Below are positions 24,770 to 37,140 of a stretch of 64,000 bases of DNA, piece by piece (the first letter of the stretch is position 1; every line of letters begins with the position of its first letter). A program made the translations under genes and the position numbers. The DNA is taken from assembly GCA_965235115.1 (NCBI GenBank), contig OZ249443.1:11594001-11658000 (forward strand), read 5' to 3'. The notes beneath the pieces are model-generated. The model was not told the origin of the DNA, did no database searches, and saw only the letters and a program-made list of their open reading frames with translations. Source of the stretch: Laetmonice hystrix. Its lineage: Eukaryota.

Positions 24770-25452
24770 CAGATCTGCTCCAGCTGGTTATGATGTCTTC
24801 TGGATATGTAACACAGCATGCTCCAGATAGTTGTGATGACTTGTGAATATGTAACACAGCCTGCTCCAGATGGTTATGATGACTTGTGAATATGTACAGC
24901 CTGCTCCAGATGGTTATGATGACTTGTGAATATGTAACCCAGCCTGCTCCAGATGGGTATGACTTGTGGATATGAACACAGCCTACTCCAGATGGTTATG
25001 ATGACTTGGGGATATGTAACACAGCCTGCTACAGATGGTTATGATGACTTGGGGATATGTAACACAGCCTGCTACAGATGGTTATGATGACTTGGGGATA
25101 TGTAACGCAGCCTGCTACAGATGGTTATGATGACTTGGGGATATGTAACAAAGCCTGCTCCAGATGGTTATGATGACTTGTGGATATGAACACAGCCTGC
25201 TCCAGATGGTTATGGTGACTTCTGGATATGTAACACAGCCTGCTACAGATGGTTATGATGACTTGGGGATATGTAACACAGCCTGCTCCAGATGGTTATG
25301 ATGACTTGTGAATATGTAACCCAGCCTGCTCCAGATGGGTATGACTTCTGGATATGTAACACAGCCTGCTACAGATGGTTATGATGACTTGGGGATATGT
25401 AACACAGCCTTCTCCAGATGGTTATGATGACTGGAAGTTGTGGCTATGTAAC
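24770..25452. repeat. Minisatellite, ~43-bp unit, about 16 copies
   Basis: cagcctgctccagatggttatgatgacttgtgaatatgtaaca with small indels. Confidence 0.95.
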
Positions 25453-26620
25453 AACAAATGGTACCTCGCAGTGAGGACAAGACTTAGTGTAAGCCATGGC
25501 ATTTTCCTAATGTGATGTCAATAAAAAGTGAACATTATACATTCGTAAACCGTCTAGTGAATCTATGTTAACTCCGCCTTCTTCAAATAAACAACACTGC
25601 ATGATGGTTGATCGGCGTTGTCATGTCCAAGAGCTAACCCGCCCACTGAAATCGTGGCGCCGTCACCGTGCTTTGTTGTTCGTGTAATTGATTTGCAAGT
25701 TTTATTTAATACAAGTGATCATTCTGCAGAACGTTCCGTACATTGCCCGTTCGAACCGAGTACATTTCACCTCATGAAATGGGGTGAGCCTGTTCCGTTC
25801 TGTTTAGATCCGGATCGATTGTCATATCGAACGCCATAATATTGACTAAATCAGCCAGGGGCTCGCGTATAAATAGACGCAGGCTCTCCGTGCGCTGGTG
25901 GTGGACTGGTAGGAAGCCGACACCATTCATCATCGTCGACCATACGCTTTCAAGGCACGAAATGTGTGGGGCGGGGGGTTAGGGCTATAGGGTGTAGGCG
26001 GTGGGTGGAGATTACAAATGCATTAAATTGATATGCCGGCATTAACTCAGGACGGAGGAGTTTAAGGACATGGCGAGTGGGAGGATGGTGAGGTGTCAAC
26101 TTGTTCTCGGATCTCTGAGGGTTAAAGGGCCTGAGATACTTGTTCGCCCGGCTGGCCGATTTCGGTTTGGTTTACCATACTGAACAAAAATGAAAAATGC
26201 AGGAGGATCCACGGTATCGTGTCAGGTAAAACATCTCTCGGAGTAGTTGGTATAATGGTAGAAATAAATCAAGTATTTTAATGTCACTGTTAGAGTATTC
26301 AGAATCATGTATTTTTCAATCATACCCGTACAAGACCAAAATCCGCCGGCCGTGTCGACCAGTGTATATGACCCTTTTTATTCAGTGGAGTAAATAGGAT
26401 TGTTTTTTCAGAAGAGGCCGGCATACGCGTTGGAAGACATGGGGGCAGAAATACCTATAAGGGCGCCCTTTCCACACGTGAAATGCCGCCCTCCTCACCC
26501 CCGCAACCAGAAGGGGAAATTCGATGCAAATGTCTGTTTTATTTGAAATAGACTGCTTTTAACGTTTCATCATGGTATTCTCGAGAGGTGGGTGTTTCCC
26601 CACGGCTTCCTGGATCGGCC

Positions 26621-26893
26621 GGGGCCTCGGGTGGCCGAGTGGTCTAAGGTGTCGGCTCCATCATGACACCTAGGACCATCGCCTCACACCGCTGCGACCC
26701 GGGTTCGATTCCCGGCCTGGGCTGCATGTGTGAAAGGTTTGTCAGTCAGTTCCTTCCCGAAGGTCGGTGGTTTCCTCCGGGTACTCCGGTTTCCTCCACC
26801 AAGAAAAAACTGACTTTCATCTCATCTTCACCGCCGTGATATGACCCTGGCTGTTGCAAGGCGTAAAACCCCAAATACCCACCCACCCACCCA
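26621..26893 (+). mobile_element. Full-length tRNA-derived SINE with V/Meta-like central domain, (CCCA)n tail and 12-bp TSD
   Basis: A box TGGCCGAGTGG, B box GGTTCGATTCC, core ggtttcctccgggtactccggtttcctccacc and a (CCCA) tail. CCTGGATCGGCC at 26609-26620 and 26894-26905. Confidence 0.92.
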
Positions 26894-27589
26894 CCTGGAT
26901 CGGCCATGTACTGATGTTTTAAATGAATGGGGCGGTACCAGTGACCCATCCGTTTCTCAACACGTGAAGCCCTATTACCTATAGGGCCTGACGGACAACA
27001 CATCTACAGACCGGGGGGGCGGGGTCGGGGGTCCTGACGGGTCACCGCAGGGACTCCATCATCACCCTGCCGGGGTCATGGGGTCCTGCCGGGGAACATG
27101 GCAAGGGTCGATACAAAACGAGACCCAACCACTGAAGTGGAGTGCTACCGAGAAAATACAGTGATTGTTTAAATATGAAGGGAATTGGGTAGACATAGAG
27201 AGGTACCGGGATTCTTCAAAGAGAGTCTAAACTGAAACCCTGTCAAGCAAAAACCTACATGACGCGTTTTGAGTAATTTCGTACATTCAATATTGATTAT
27301 ACATTAGAAAATGTCTGAACAGAAGAGGGGTCCCTCGTGGGAATGATACACGTTGGAAACCTAACATCTTTGGTTTATTATCATGTAATGTTTACATAGA
27401 TAGATTGTGTATGGGATGGGGAGTTTCATTTGATTTATTGCATGCTATGTATACCTCGATAAACTATCATTATGGTTGCCTTTCTTACCGAATTGGAAAT
27501 GAGCAGGAGAGCGGTGAACGTATATAGCACAACTAATCTAAGTTTTAGTTGTTATCACGCGAAGGCATTCATGAACATTTCAATCACCA

Positions 27590-27639
27590 GGGCCCAGTTC
27601 ATAAAAACTTACGATCGTAAGTTTTTAGGAACAGGGACC
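27590..27639. mobile_element. 50-bp loopless palindrome with GGGCCCAGTT end (collapsed MITE)
   Basis: gggcccagttcataaaaacttacgat-cgtaagtttttaggaacagggacc. The arms match at about 23 of 26 positions. Confidence 0.6.
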
Positions 27640-29859
27640 AGGTTTCTAAATGCAAGGTTTGGTGGATTTCTAGTTACCTTAGACAGTTATGTTAACGCAT
27701 AGTCGTAGGCCTAATGTTGTAGAAGGTCGAGCCATCGCATCATAAACATAATTATTATCTTGAAAACGGCCAATACATTCAAATAATACAATAATGTAAA
27801 AACTTAGCGCGAAAAAAAAGAATAAGGATTCCAGGAGCTGTTTGCATAATAGTGGTGGTATTACAGTTCAATTGTTCGCTTGTTAACTTTCTGCTTCAAC
27901 CCGCTTTGTCGTGAGGAGAATTGAGCTTGTAATGTGAGCCCTAAACGGTGTGTGAGGCCTCGTAGGCATCCAGCAGCTGCTATTGTGGAATCTTGTTATC
28001 CACCGCCTTTCTCGGCCGCCAAATACAATCCGGCGCGATCCGCATACCATCGATTCATCTTAATCGACTTTAGCGGGTTAAAATGGTCATTAGCTGGGGT
28101 TGGGGCGACGAGTCGTGTCGAATCCCTGGCGAACATCGGACATCAAGGACCCTTGATATGCAGATCGATCCGAACGGTAAAAAACCCAATCAGGAAGTCA
28201 AGGAGGCAGGCGGGCCACAATCACGTCGTTTGGCGCTACTTCAAAATGCTTTAGTTTTTTAAGAATTCTACAAGAGTAGAAGGATTGGACACGTAAGGCA
28301 ACTAGGACTGTGGATAGCAGGATCTCAAGATGGGGCCTTGGGGAGGGACATCCTTCCAACGCCGAGCTTAAAAACAATCTAGCACTGTTTATCACACTGC
28401 AAACTGCTAAAGAAATCGGGCTCGGTTGTGAATAATTAACAACAGATTATTGTGACTTTTACTGGGGAGAGATTGCATGTATGACGGACCTGCTATAATA
28501 CAAATTGGAACTATAGCAAGACGGTAGAGTTTTTTTTATATATTATTAAATGGTTGGTAGGGTTATGTATTTTAGATATGGGGAGCTGTTAAGATGGTGA
28601 AGACGACCGGGTGAAAGAGAGGCTGTACCTTATTTTATCCTCATCTTGAAATCTAAAAAAAAACTATTTACACGCTGTCGTATTTCTTTCTTTACTATTG
28701 ACAAGTTGTGTACGTTAGGAATTTAGAAGTGGCCGATAAAGACGACAGCTGCAGTACACGTGTATTTCTGCAGCCTACATGTGTCAGACGTTGCCGGTAA
28801 GAGCGAGACTTTTTAAGAAGGGTCCCAGTGTTTCCAGTTCCGTCAGGCTGTCTGCCAAACGAGGTCTCTGGAAGAGAGAAACATGTTTTAAAATGTGGGC
28901 GTCGTATCGGACGAAAGTTTTTACGTGAATTTCGTGACCTCTGGGGGTTAGGTTTCCGATGGATTCCTTCCTTGTGGCAGCTACAACCAACAGGGGGCGC
29001 GCTGGTATGCAGCAGGAGGTTTTTATAGTAATGAGGTGACGGTGACAGGAAGCGGAAGTCTTGTATGAATCCGGGTCACAACGAATCATAAGAAGGAAAC
29101 GTTCCAGTCACAAATGTAGGCAATGATAACTAGGCAGCGGTTATACAAAGTCCCTGCATGCAGATCAGGCTCCCATTGGTATTTCGTAAAAATTTGCCCA
29201 AAGCTAAGACCCAAAACATCTATCAGGGCTTCTGATTGGTTTACTAAGTGTAGCTTGCGAATCAGATATCATAAGACATGTTTTGAGTCGTACAAATTGC
29301 CCCATTTTACGAACGTAAAGCCGGGTCCAGAACGAAGCCAGAATGAAGGGAAATAAAATGGCGTCTCCTCTCTGGTCTCATCAAAGATCTAATGCTCCCA
29401 CTGGCGCGCGCATCTATGTGAACCCTGACGTAATTTGGGTTCTGGCGGAGGCTCAAACGTGATGGCGTCCGGGGGTAGGGATGGGGGAAGAAGGAAAGCA
29501 AGAGAGCCACTTCCCACGCCTTTCTCGGCACTATACTGAACTTAGCCTCCCGAGATGTAGCGCTCAATTCCACCGTACTGTAAATATTCATTACAAACAT
29601 TTTAGTATGAATAGTTTTTCAAAAAATGGGCCAGTGTTGAAAGCAATTGGATGTGAGAGAGAAAAAAAATACTTCTTCTGTGAAACTGGTACGCGACCCT
29701 TTCCATAAAGGAAACCACTGTTATCAGGTTTCACCAAAGAAAGCCATCGATTAGTGGCACGGGTATAAAAAGAAAATGAAAATGCTCTTTCAATCGACCG
29801 CTTATGCTGGACTAGGTAAAAAGAGTGTCGTAAAAAACATCGGTGCATCTCCATCAGCC

Positions 29860-30010
29860 TGGGGGCGGATCCAGGTTTGCGCCAATGAGGAGGGGGGGGG
29901 GGGGGGTGTATGTTTGGTTTGAACCTTTCAAGCAGAAAAAAATAAATATTACTTCGTCAGGGGGGAAGTTGCAACCCCAGTAACCCCCCCCCCCCCCCGA
30001 TGCGCCACTG
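29860..30010. mobile_element. Short hAT-like MITE relic
   Basis: Ends gggggcggatccagg ... gatgcgccactg resemble common CAG(G/T)GGCGGATC-type hAT TIRs. Internal G and C runs. No TSD seen. Confidence 0.45.
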
Positions 30011-30599
30011 TCCCTCCTTATCTATATAGATCTATGTCCGCCTATTACATCCCTCGGTGTTGCCGTTTCACTGGAACATGTGCAGTACCTGCAATCACTG
30101 TGGATTTCCCCGCCAAAATTATATGTTATCCGGTGGTTCTGTCCGTCGCCGCTGGGAGGCGGTGTGGTGATGCCATGGTTTGCCCTCCACCAGACGCTGA
30201 TAACCAGTCATGGAGCTCGTTTTCCCCCCAAATTATTTAAAAACCAATTCTACCCTACTGTGACCTATGCCTCCTCTGGTCATGTTTCTGATACCATACA
30301 CCGGACTGGAGTGTCGCTAATTGGGTCGAATCTCGTTATTGATGGCCTACTTCTTTTCACTGAGCAATAAGTGGACGGCTGAGGCTAAATACAGCTTTGT
30401 CTGAGTGTTGGGCCAGACTTTCTGACAGAATGGGGCTGCTTTGTTCCAGTGGTCCCAACCTCTGAATAATTATAGTGACCACAGGGTGATCACACCACCT
30501 CTGGGATGGATTCGAAAAGGTTTTATTAGAATGCCTGCTGCAAGGTGTACCAGTTTCCCGCTCCACAGTTTTGCTAAACCTTCAGGTGAAAATGATGAG

Positions 30600-31451
30600 A
30601 TGAAGCAGGTGAAACCTACACACCGGGCCTATATATGTGCTACTTTTATCGTTAAGTGGCAACGGTTCCTTTACCACATAGCCATGCGTTATAACCCTAA
30701 CCTTTGCTAACCCAGTCTGGAGCACTTGGCCAGGAGGCTGTTCAGAAATGGTAGGGTGGCATTCAATAAACGCGTGAACACCGGCCATGTTGTGTGTTCA
30801 GTGCCCCCTGAACGAAGCCAGTCCAAGTCGACCCTACACGAAGGTGTTCGCAGGAGGAACCTCCGTCAACAAATCAGCAAAGCGCAATTCAAATTTTGTT
30901 CCGGACAATTATTTGGCCACTGTCTGTGCATAAGGCGAAGTCGCTGCTGTTCAAACATTAAAGGACGATAGAGACTGGCCTTGTCACGTGATTCAGTCTA
31001 TGTTCGGCATACCCAACCACACAGAACTCGTATGCCAATTGTTTTTATTTAGAAACCCCACTTAAGCTATCACGGTCTATTTTAAGGAATTGAGCGTTGA
31101 TCGCGTGTTATTTCGGAGGTACGCAAGTAAACAGGAAACCCTCAACCTTAAATTCATTAGAACATGTTTAGTGTGGACCTGGCAATCCGCTTAAAACTGA
31201 CGGGAAAATATCTGAGAATGTTCTGTGGACACTAGACGTGTTGAACGTGTCAACTGGCGTGTTGGGAAGCGAGGAGATGCAGGCCTATGATTTGTTACCC
31301 TTTGGCTAAACGGGCTAAATGTCCCTACCATTTCTGGACTGGGTTAGCAAAGGTTGGGGTTGTAACGCTGTGGCTGTGCAGTAAAAGAACCGTTGCAACT
31401 TATAGATAAGAGTAGGACATATAGGCCCGGTGTGTAGGTTTCAGCTGCATC
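30600..31451. mobile_element. Pair of ~150-bp inverted repeats enclosing ~600 bp
   Basis: atgaagcaggtgaaacctacacaccgggcctat...ccctaacctttgctaacccagtc (from 30600) is the reverse complement of gactgggttagcaaaggttggggtt...ataggcccggtgtgtaggtttcagctgcatcat (to 31451), roughly 80% identical. Confidence 0.7.
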
Positions 31452-32796
31452 ATGCCGTGCTATGCAGCTCGTGATATTAAAAGTCATTGTCAGTCAGACA
31501 AGAAGTTGCTGCAGTGCTGAGTTGCACTGATTCTATTTATAGACTGATTTTGACGTGATGACGTCTACTTTGCAGAATCGCATATTATGTGTAAACCTGT
31601 TTATCCGCGTGGTATGGGTTTACTCTAAATGACTCGGCCGTACTCGAGGCAGTGGGAGATATTGCCGGCGTTGTGACTGGTAGGGAGGTCCACTTTTAGC
31701 CGGCCGCTGATCTCATTTTGTCCTTCTCCCGGATGTACGTGCAGAGCGTTTTGACGACCTCCACACTCACGATCGGGCCCAGTTGCTAAAATGAATGCTC
31801 ATATATATCGCACGGGAACCTGGGGAAGCCGCAGGGGCGTATGGGTAATGAGGACACCACTTGCCGAACTAGGCCTACTTCTTTTGAGAAGCCATGGCGG
31901 ATTTACTTACAGGTGACACCAGTCAAACCGGTGGTTAATGCCAAGACAAACACCCAGCGTAAGTTTAGGCCTAAATAAAGAAATATCACTATGTTTGAAG
32001 TTGTTACATAATATAAATAACAGCATCAATCGTACAGACGTGCACGCACTACTTTGTGTCACCCGTGTAGTAATCGAACGAGTGAGGTGGCGCGCATTAC
32101 GGACGGCCCAAAGATTGTCGAAAGGACGGGAACGTGAGAATGCACGTCCTCTGGCCGGCTATCCGAGTCGATGGCTCCCAGAATCTTATACTCTATAGGT
32201 GACTTTGAAAAAAAGGTGTCTGACCAAGCAGTATAGGAAAAATATTCCTGTTGATTCTCTTGTGTACAGTGGATATAATTTCTTTCATTTCTAAAGCCAA
32301 TATAGTGTTGTTCTTTTTGTCTTTTCGTCCGCGAAATATTATGGAATATGGGGAGAGAAATTTGCCCTTTGCCACAATATTATTCCCCAGGGGGACAAAA
32401 GGGAACCTAGCAGCCGTGTAATGCATGAACCACAGGTCTCAATGTGCCGTCCCTGGTTTGAAATCAATGACTTGAAGCTGGATTACTGGGCTGAAGTAGT
32501 TGTTTCGGTCCACGGCGAAGATTAAAAATACTAGACGGATATGACAGGATGAGACAGACTAATCGTCTCCTCGGACAAAATGAGATCTCGACTAAAGAAC
32601 CTTACTCTAACCGAAGTCTGCCAAGGTGACCCTAAGCGATAGGGACGTCAGCTCTGATGATGTAGGATTTGCCGTTTCCTTGGTGACATCGTTCAGCCTT
32701 AGTAACCCGCTCACCGATGTTGTTAGGGGTACAAATTAGATCAACTTCAGCGGCTTCATTTAATTTTCTTACGGTCAACGGGCAATGATACAGAGT

Positions 32797-34000
32797 CCAA
32801 GCAACCCCACTCATCCAGCCCAACCCGACACCCACAGCCAGCCCCATCACCCAACAACATTCTGCACCCACACCCAGCCCCATCACCCATCCCCATTCTG
32901 CACCCACAACCAGCCCCATCACCCAGCCCCATTCTGCACCCACAACCAGCCCCATCACCCATCCCCATTCTGCACCCACAACCAGCCCCATCACCCAGCC
33001 CCATTCTGCACCCACAACCAGCCCCATCACCCAGCCCCATTCTGCACCCACAACCAGCCCCATCACCCATCCCCATTCTGCACCCACAACCAGCCCCATC
33101 ACCCATCCCCATTCTGCACCCACACCCCGTCCCATTCTGCACCCACAACCAGCCCCATCATCCAGCCCCATTCTGCACCCACAACCAGCCCCATCACCCA
33201 TCCCCATTCTGCACCCACACCCCGTCCCATTCTGCACCCACAACCAGCCCCATCATCCAGCCCCATTCTGCACCCACACCCAGCCCCATTCTGCACCCAC
33301 AACCAGCCCCATCACCCAGCCACATTCTGCACCCACATCCCGTCCCATTCTGCACCCACAACCAGCCCCATCACCCATCCCCATTCTGCACCCACACCCA
33401 GCCCCATTCTGCACCCACAACCAGCCCCATCACCCAGCCCCATTCTGCACCCACAGCCAGCCCCATCACCCAGCCACATTCTGCACCCACAACCAGCCCC
33501 ATTCTGCACCCACAACCAGCCCCATCACCCAGCCCCATTCTGCACCCACAGCCAGCCCCATCACCCAGCCACATTCTGCACCCACAACCAGCCCCATTCT
33601 GCACCCACAACCAGCCCCATCACCCAGCCCCATTCTGCACCCACAACCAGCCCCATCACCCAGCCACATTCTGCACCCACAACCAGCCCCATCACCCAGC
33701 CACATTCTGCACCCACACCCAGCCCCATTCTGCACCCACAGCCAGCCCCATCACCCAGCCACATTCTGCACCCACACCCAGCCCCATTCTGCACCCACAA
33801 CCAGCCCCATCACCCAGCCCCATTCTGCACCCACAACCAGCCCCATCACCCAGCCACATTCTGCACCCACAACCAGCCCCATTCTGCACCCACAACCAGC
33901 CCCATTCTGCACCCACAACCAGCCCCATTCTGCACCCACACCCCGTCCCATTCTGCACCCACAACCAGCCCCATTCTGCACCCACACCCCGTCCCATTCT
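32797..34000. repeat. C-rich compound minisatellite (36-bp unit built from 21-bp and 15-bp modules)
   Basis: cccattctgcacccacaaccagc + cccatcacccagc modules in variable order. Confidence 0.95.
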
Positions 34001-35195
34001 AGAGCCACACCCACATGCCATTTTGTAGCTCGTTTATACCCACAGTTTGAGATCAGACACAACCTTCCCGTGCAGCCATAGACGTTTAGTGAGTATAGGG
34101 ATGTGACATTTAAACCTGGGTCATTGAAACCGTGGTAAGTTGTCACCGTCATGACGTCGTTCAAGGTCATCAGGTGACATAATGTTTGACCTTCACAGGA
34201 CCTGCCGTCTGGAGATACGCGAATCATATTACCGGCAAACTAATTTGTCAACCTGCAGCCAACTTACCAACTTACCAGAAGGTTTCACCCGAGGTATGAC
34301 TCGCAGTCGGTATTAGATTTAACCCCAACACCTGGAAGAACGAGGACAACCTCAAGTGCCACTGACATTCCCTGACCCCCACAGGAAGCGTCACAAGTGA
34401 ACAACCCCCAGTCGGGGCGATCCTTTAGCAGAGCTCGACGCGCGGCTGAATGGGTTAACCTGACCTCTCCAGGTTTAATCAGCGAGTAATCGAAGTTATA
34501 TCTCGCCAAGCGAGGGAGGCCAGGGTTAATTTCCTCAGTAATGTGATTAGAGCTGCTCTTCATATCGAATGGCGGCCAAGCAAGGACGATATCAGGGCGC
34601 CCTCTCCCCGCTACCACTCTCCCAGTATTACAGGCTCCTCCTAATAGAATCTCGTATAGCTAGAACCTTCCTTCAATGTAATCACGCATGCCAACAAATA
34701 TCACAGACATGTTTATCCAATTCCGCCGAGTAATACCCCAAATGGGCAAGCGGGCGAGCAAGAGAGGTGGCGGTAATAACCCCATTATTGGGGTGTTGTG
34801 TCGGGTGGGGGTATTGGGACATGGTACAGACCTGATGCCACCGGTCCCTGTACAGTGGTCCCATCTCTGTGCAGAGAGCTGATACCTACCGCGTTTGTTG
34901 ATTGTTGTCTTTCAGACATATTTATTCTTCCTTCCCTTGTCGTAAAGTGTTTGTTTCTCATTGTTGGTCTTTTTGTCCTTGCCCTGCGAGAACAGCTGAT
35001 CAACTTCAGACCACCCATTATATCGCTCCATAAGCCAGCATCTCTCTATCTCGATCTCTATCTCCGCTATTTCTCTATATCTTTCTATAGATCCTTCATT
35101 GGAGGCACAGGAAGAATTTGACTCATATGTAAGAATTAGAGCGCATAATCACGGGTTTCTACTAGTCATAAGTAACCGTAACTAAGTCCCTGATC

Positions 35196-35680
35196 CACGG
35201 TCTTTGTGAGGTCAGCCTCCCTGATCCACGGTCTTTGTGAGGCCAGCCTCCCTGATCCACGGTCTTTGTGAGGCCAGCCTCCCTGATCCCCGGTCTTTGT
35301 GAGGCCAGCCTCCCTGATCCACGGTCTTTGTGAGGCCAGCGTCACGGAGTCATGGTCTTTGTGAGGCCAGCGTCACGGAGTCACGGTCTTTGTGAGGTCA
35401 GCGTCACGGAGTCACGGTCTTTGTGAGGTCAGCGTCACGGAGTCACGGTCTTTGTGAGGCCATCCTCCCTGATCCACGGTCTTTGTGAGGCCAGCGTCAC
35501 GGAGTCACGGTCTTTGTGAGGCCAGCCTCCCTGATCCACGGTCTTTGTGAGGCCAGCGTCACGGAGTCACGGTCTTTGTGAGGTCAGCCTCCCTGATCCA
35601 CGGTCTTTGTGAGGCCAACCTCCCTGATCCACGGTCTTTGTGAGGCCAGCCTTCCTGATCCACGGTCGTTGTGAGATCAG
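35196..35680. repeat. 31-bp minisatellite, 15 full units of two classes
   Basis: cacggtctttgtgaggYcag + cctccctgatc (A) or cgtcacggagt (B). The order is AAAABBBBABABAAA. Confidence 0.97.
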
Positions 35681-35759
35681 TTTCAGCGGTCTTTGTGGGG
35701 TCACCGTGACTGAGTCACGTTCTGAGTAAGGTCAGGATTCTAGAGTCACGCTATCGGTA

Positions 35760-36360
35760 TACTCCCTGCCACCAGCCCGCGCTCCCTCCTCTACACGACC
35801 ATAACGTCATTGGCCGATACCCAATATGACTACCCCGCCCGACGATGCTCCGCACCAATTTCCTATGATAAACTCGGATCTATTAGCCTTGGCCCTGCGA
35901 CATCTGCGGGAAGTGCTCCTTTGTTTAGACTCACAGCACACGGAGGCGGCTGGCCGGGGTGGCCTGACCGACCGGCCGGCCGACCGCCCTGGTCTGACGG
36001 CCGGCAGTCCCGGTGGACGGACTACCCGGCCCGCTCCGACACACAGGCCTAATGAATCGTTCTAACCTTCCAGGCGGAACTCGCTGCCGTTATTACAGCG
36101 GTGGGGATATTGTTTGAGTAAGGAAGTGATATTGCTGCGATGCCCCCCTCCCTCCCCACCGCCCCTCTCTGGGCGGGGTCAGTGAGTACAGGGGGTGTGA
36201 ACGGAGGGAGGCCCTGACGCGGAGGCCCTGCTGGCTCGGTTTTCGCTACACGGAGGAGCTGCCACGCACTCCGTGACCGCGAGTTCGATCTCAGAGTAAA
36301 AGATCTCAGATCACGGGATCATTGCGAGATTCTACTACACGGTGCCAGCACGTGACGTCT
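35760..36360 (+). promoter_or_regulatory. CpG-rich promoter-like segment 1.1-1.7 kb upstream of the first recognised CLC exon
   Basis: CCAAT/ATTGG at 35809, 35821 and 35855; GC boxes at 35833 and 36171; composite CACGTGACGTC at 36349. Confidence 0.3.
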
Positions 36361-36370
36361 ACCATACACC

Positions 36371-36940
36371 GACTGTCGGAGATAGACGGTCAAAGATAGG
36401 GTCAGACTGTCGGAGATAGGGTCAGGCTGTCAGAGATAGGGGCAGACTGTCAGAGATAGACGGTCAAAGATAGGGTCAGACGGTCAGAGATTGACGGTCA
36501 AAGATAGGGTCAGACTGTCAGAGATAGGGTCAGACTGTCAGAGATAGAAAGTCAAAGATAGGGTCAGACTGTCAGAGATAGACGGTCAAAGATAGGGTCA
36601 GACTGTCATAGATAGACGGTCAAAGATAGGGTCAGACTGTCAGAGATAGGGTCAGACTGTCAGAGATAGACGGTCAAAGATAGGGTCAGACTGTCAAAGA
36701 TAGAGTCAGACTGTCAGAGATAGACGGTCAAAGATAGGGTCAGACTGTCGGAGATAAACGGTCAAAGATAGGGTCAGACTGTCAGAGATAGACGGTCAAA
36801 GATAGGGTCAGACTGTCAGAGATAGACGGTCAAAGATAGGGTCAGACTGTCAGAGATAGGGTCAGACTGTCAGAGATAGACGGTCAAAGATAGGATCAGA
36901 CTGTCGGAGATAGACGGTCAAAGGGTCAGACTGTCGGAGA
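36371..36940. repeat. Minisatellite of 34-bp and 20-bp related units
   Basis: gactgtcagagatagacggtcaaagatagggtca and gactgtcagagatagggtca. Confidence 0.97.
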
Positions 36941-37049
36941 AGGGCATTAAACGTATGTATACATGTAGTATTTAATGTGGTTAACAGCTACGACTTGAGG
37001 ACAGGATACCCACGCTAAGAAAAGTTAAGCCCGTCTAATTCCTGTGTAG

Positions 37050-37140
37050 GCCTATGATAATAGGTAAGGATGGTATGACAGTGGGCGTCTCAAACGTTAC
37101 ATCCGACAACTCCATGTCAGATATTATCACACAGGAAGAG
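37050..37140 (+). CDS. Possible upstream (N-terminal) exon of the CLC gene
   Basis: Acceptor ctaattcctgtgtag, then open frame MIIGKDGMTVGVSNVTSDNSMSDIITQEE ending in phase 0, compatible with GRDFES. The donor GAG|gtacat is weak and there is no homology support. Confidence 0.2.

Noticed and set aside
26621-26720. tRNA gene
   Set aside because: A and B boxes are present, but the spacer is too long, there is no cloverleaf or terminator, and it continues into a SINE body with tail and TSD.
32632-34227. 405-aa His/Pro-rich ORF and antisense Gly/Cys/Trp-rich ORFs
   Set aside because: The C-rich strand has no stop triplets in any frame, and the ORF drifts among all three repeat registers. That shows no frame constraint.
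34180-34227. EGF-like ending (VSPDGRSCE) on the minus strand
   Set aside because: The upstream cysteines are absent and an in-frame stop lies just before it.
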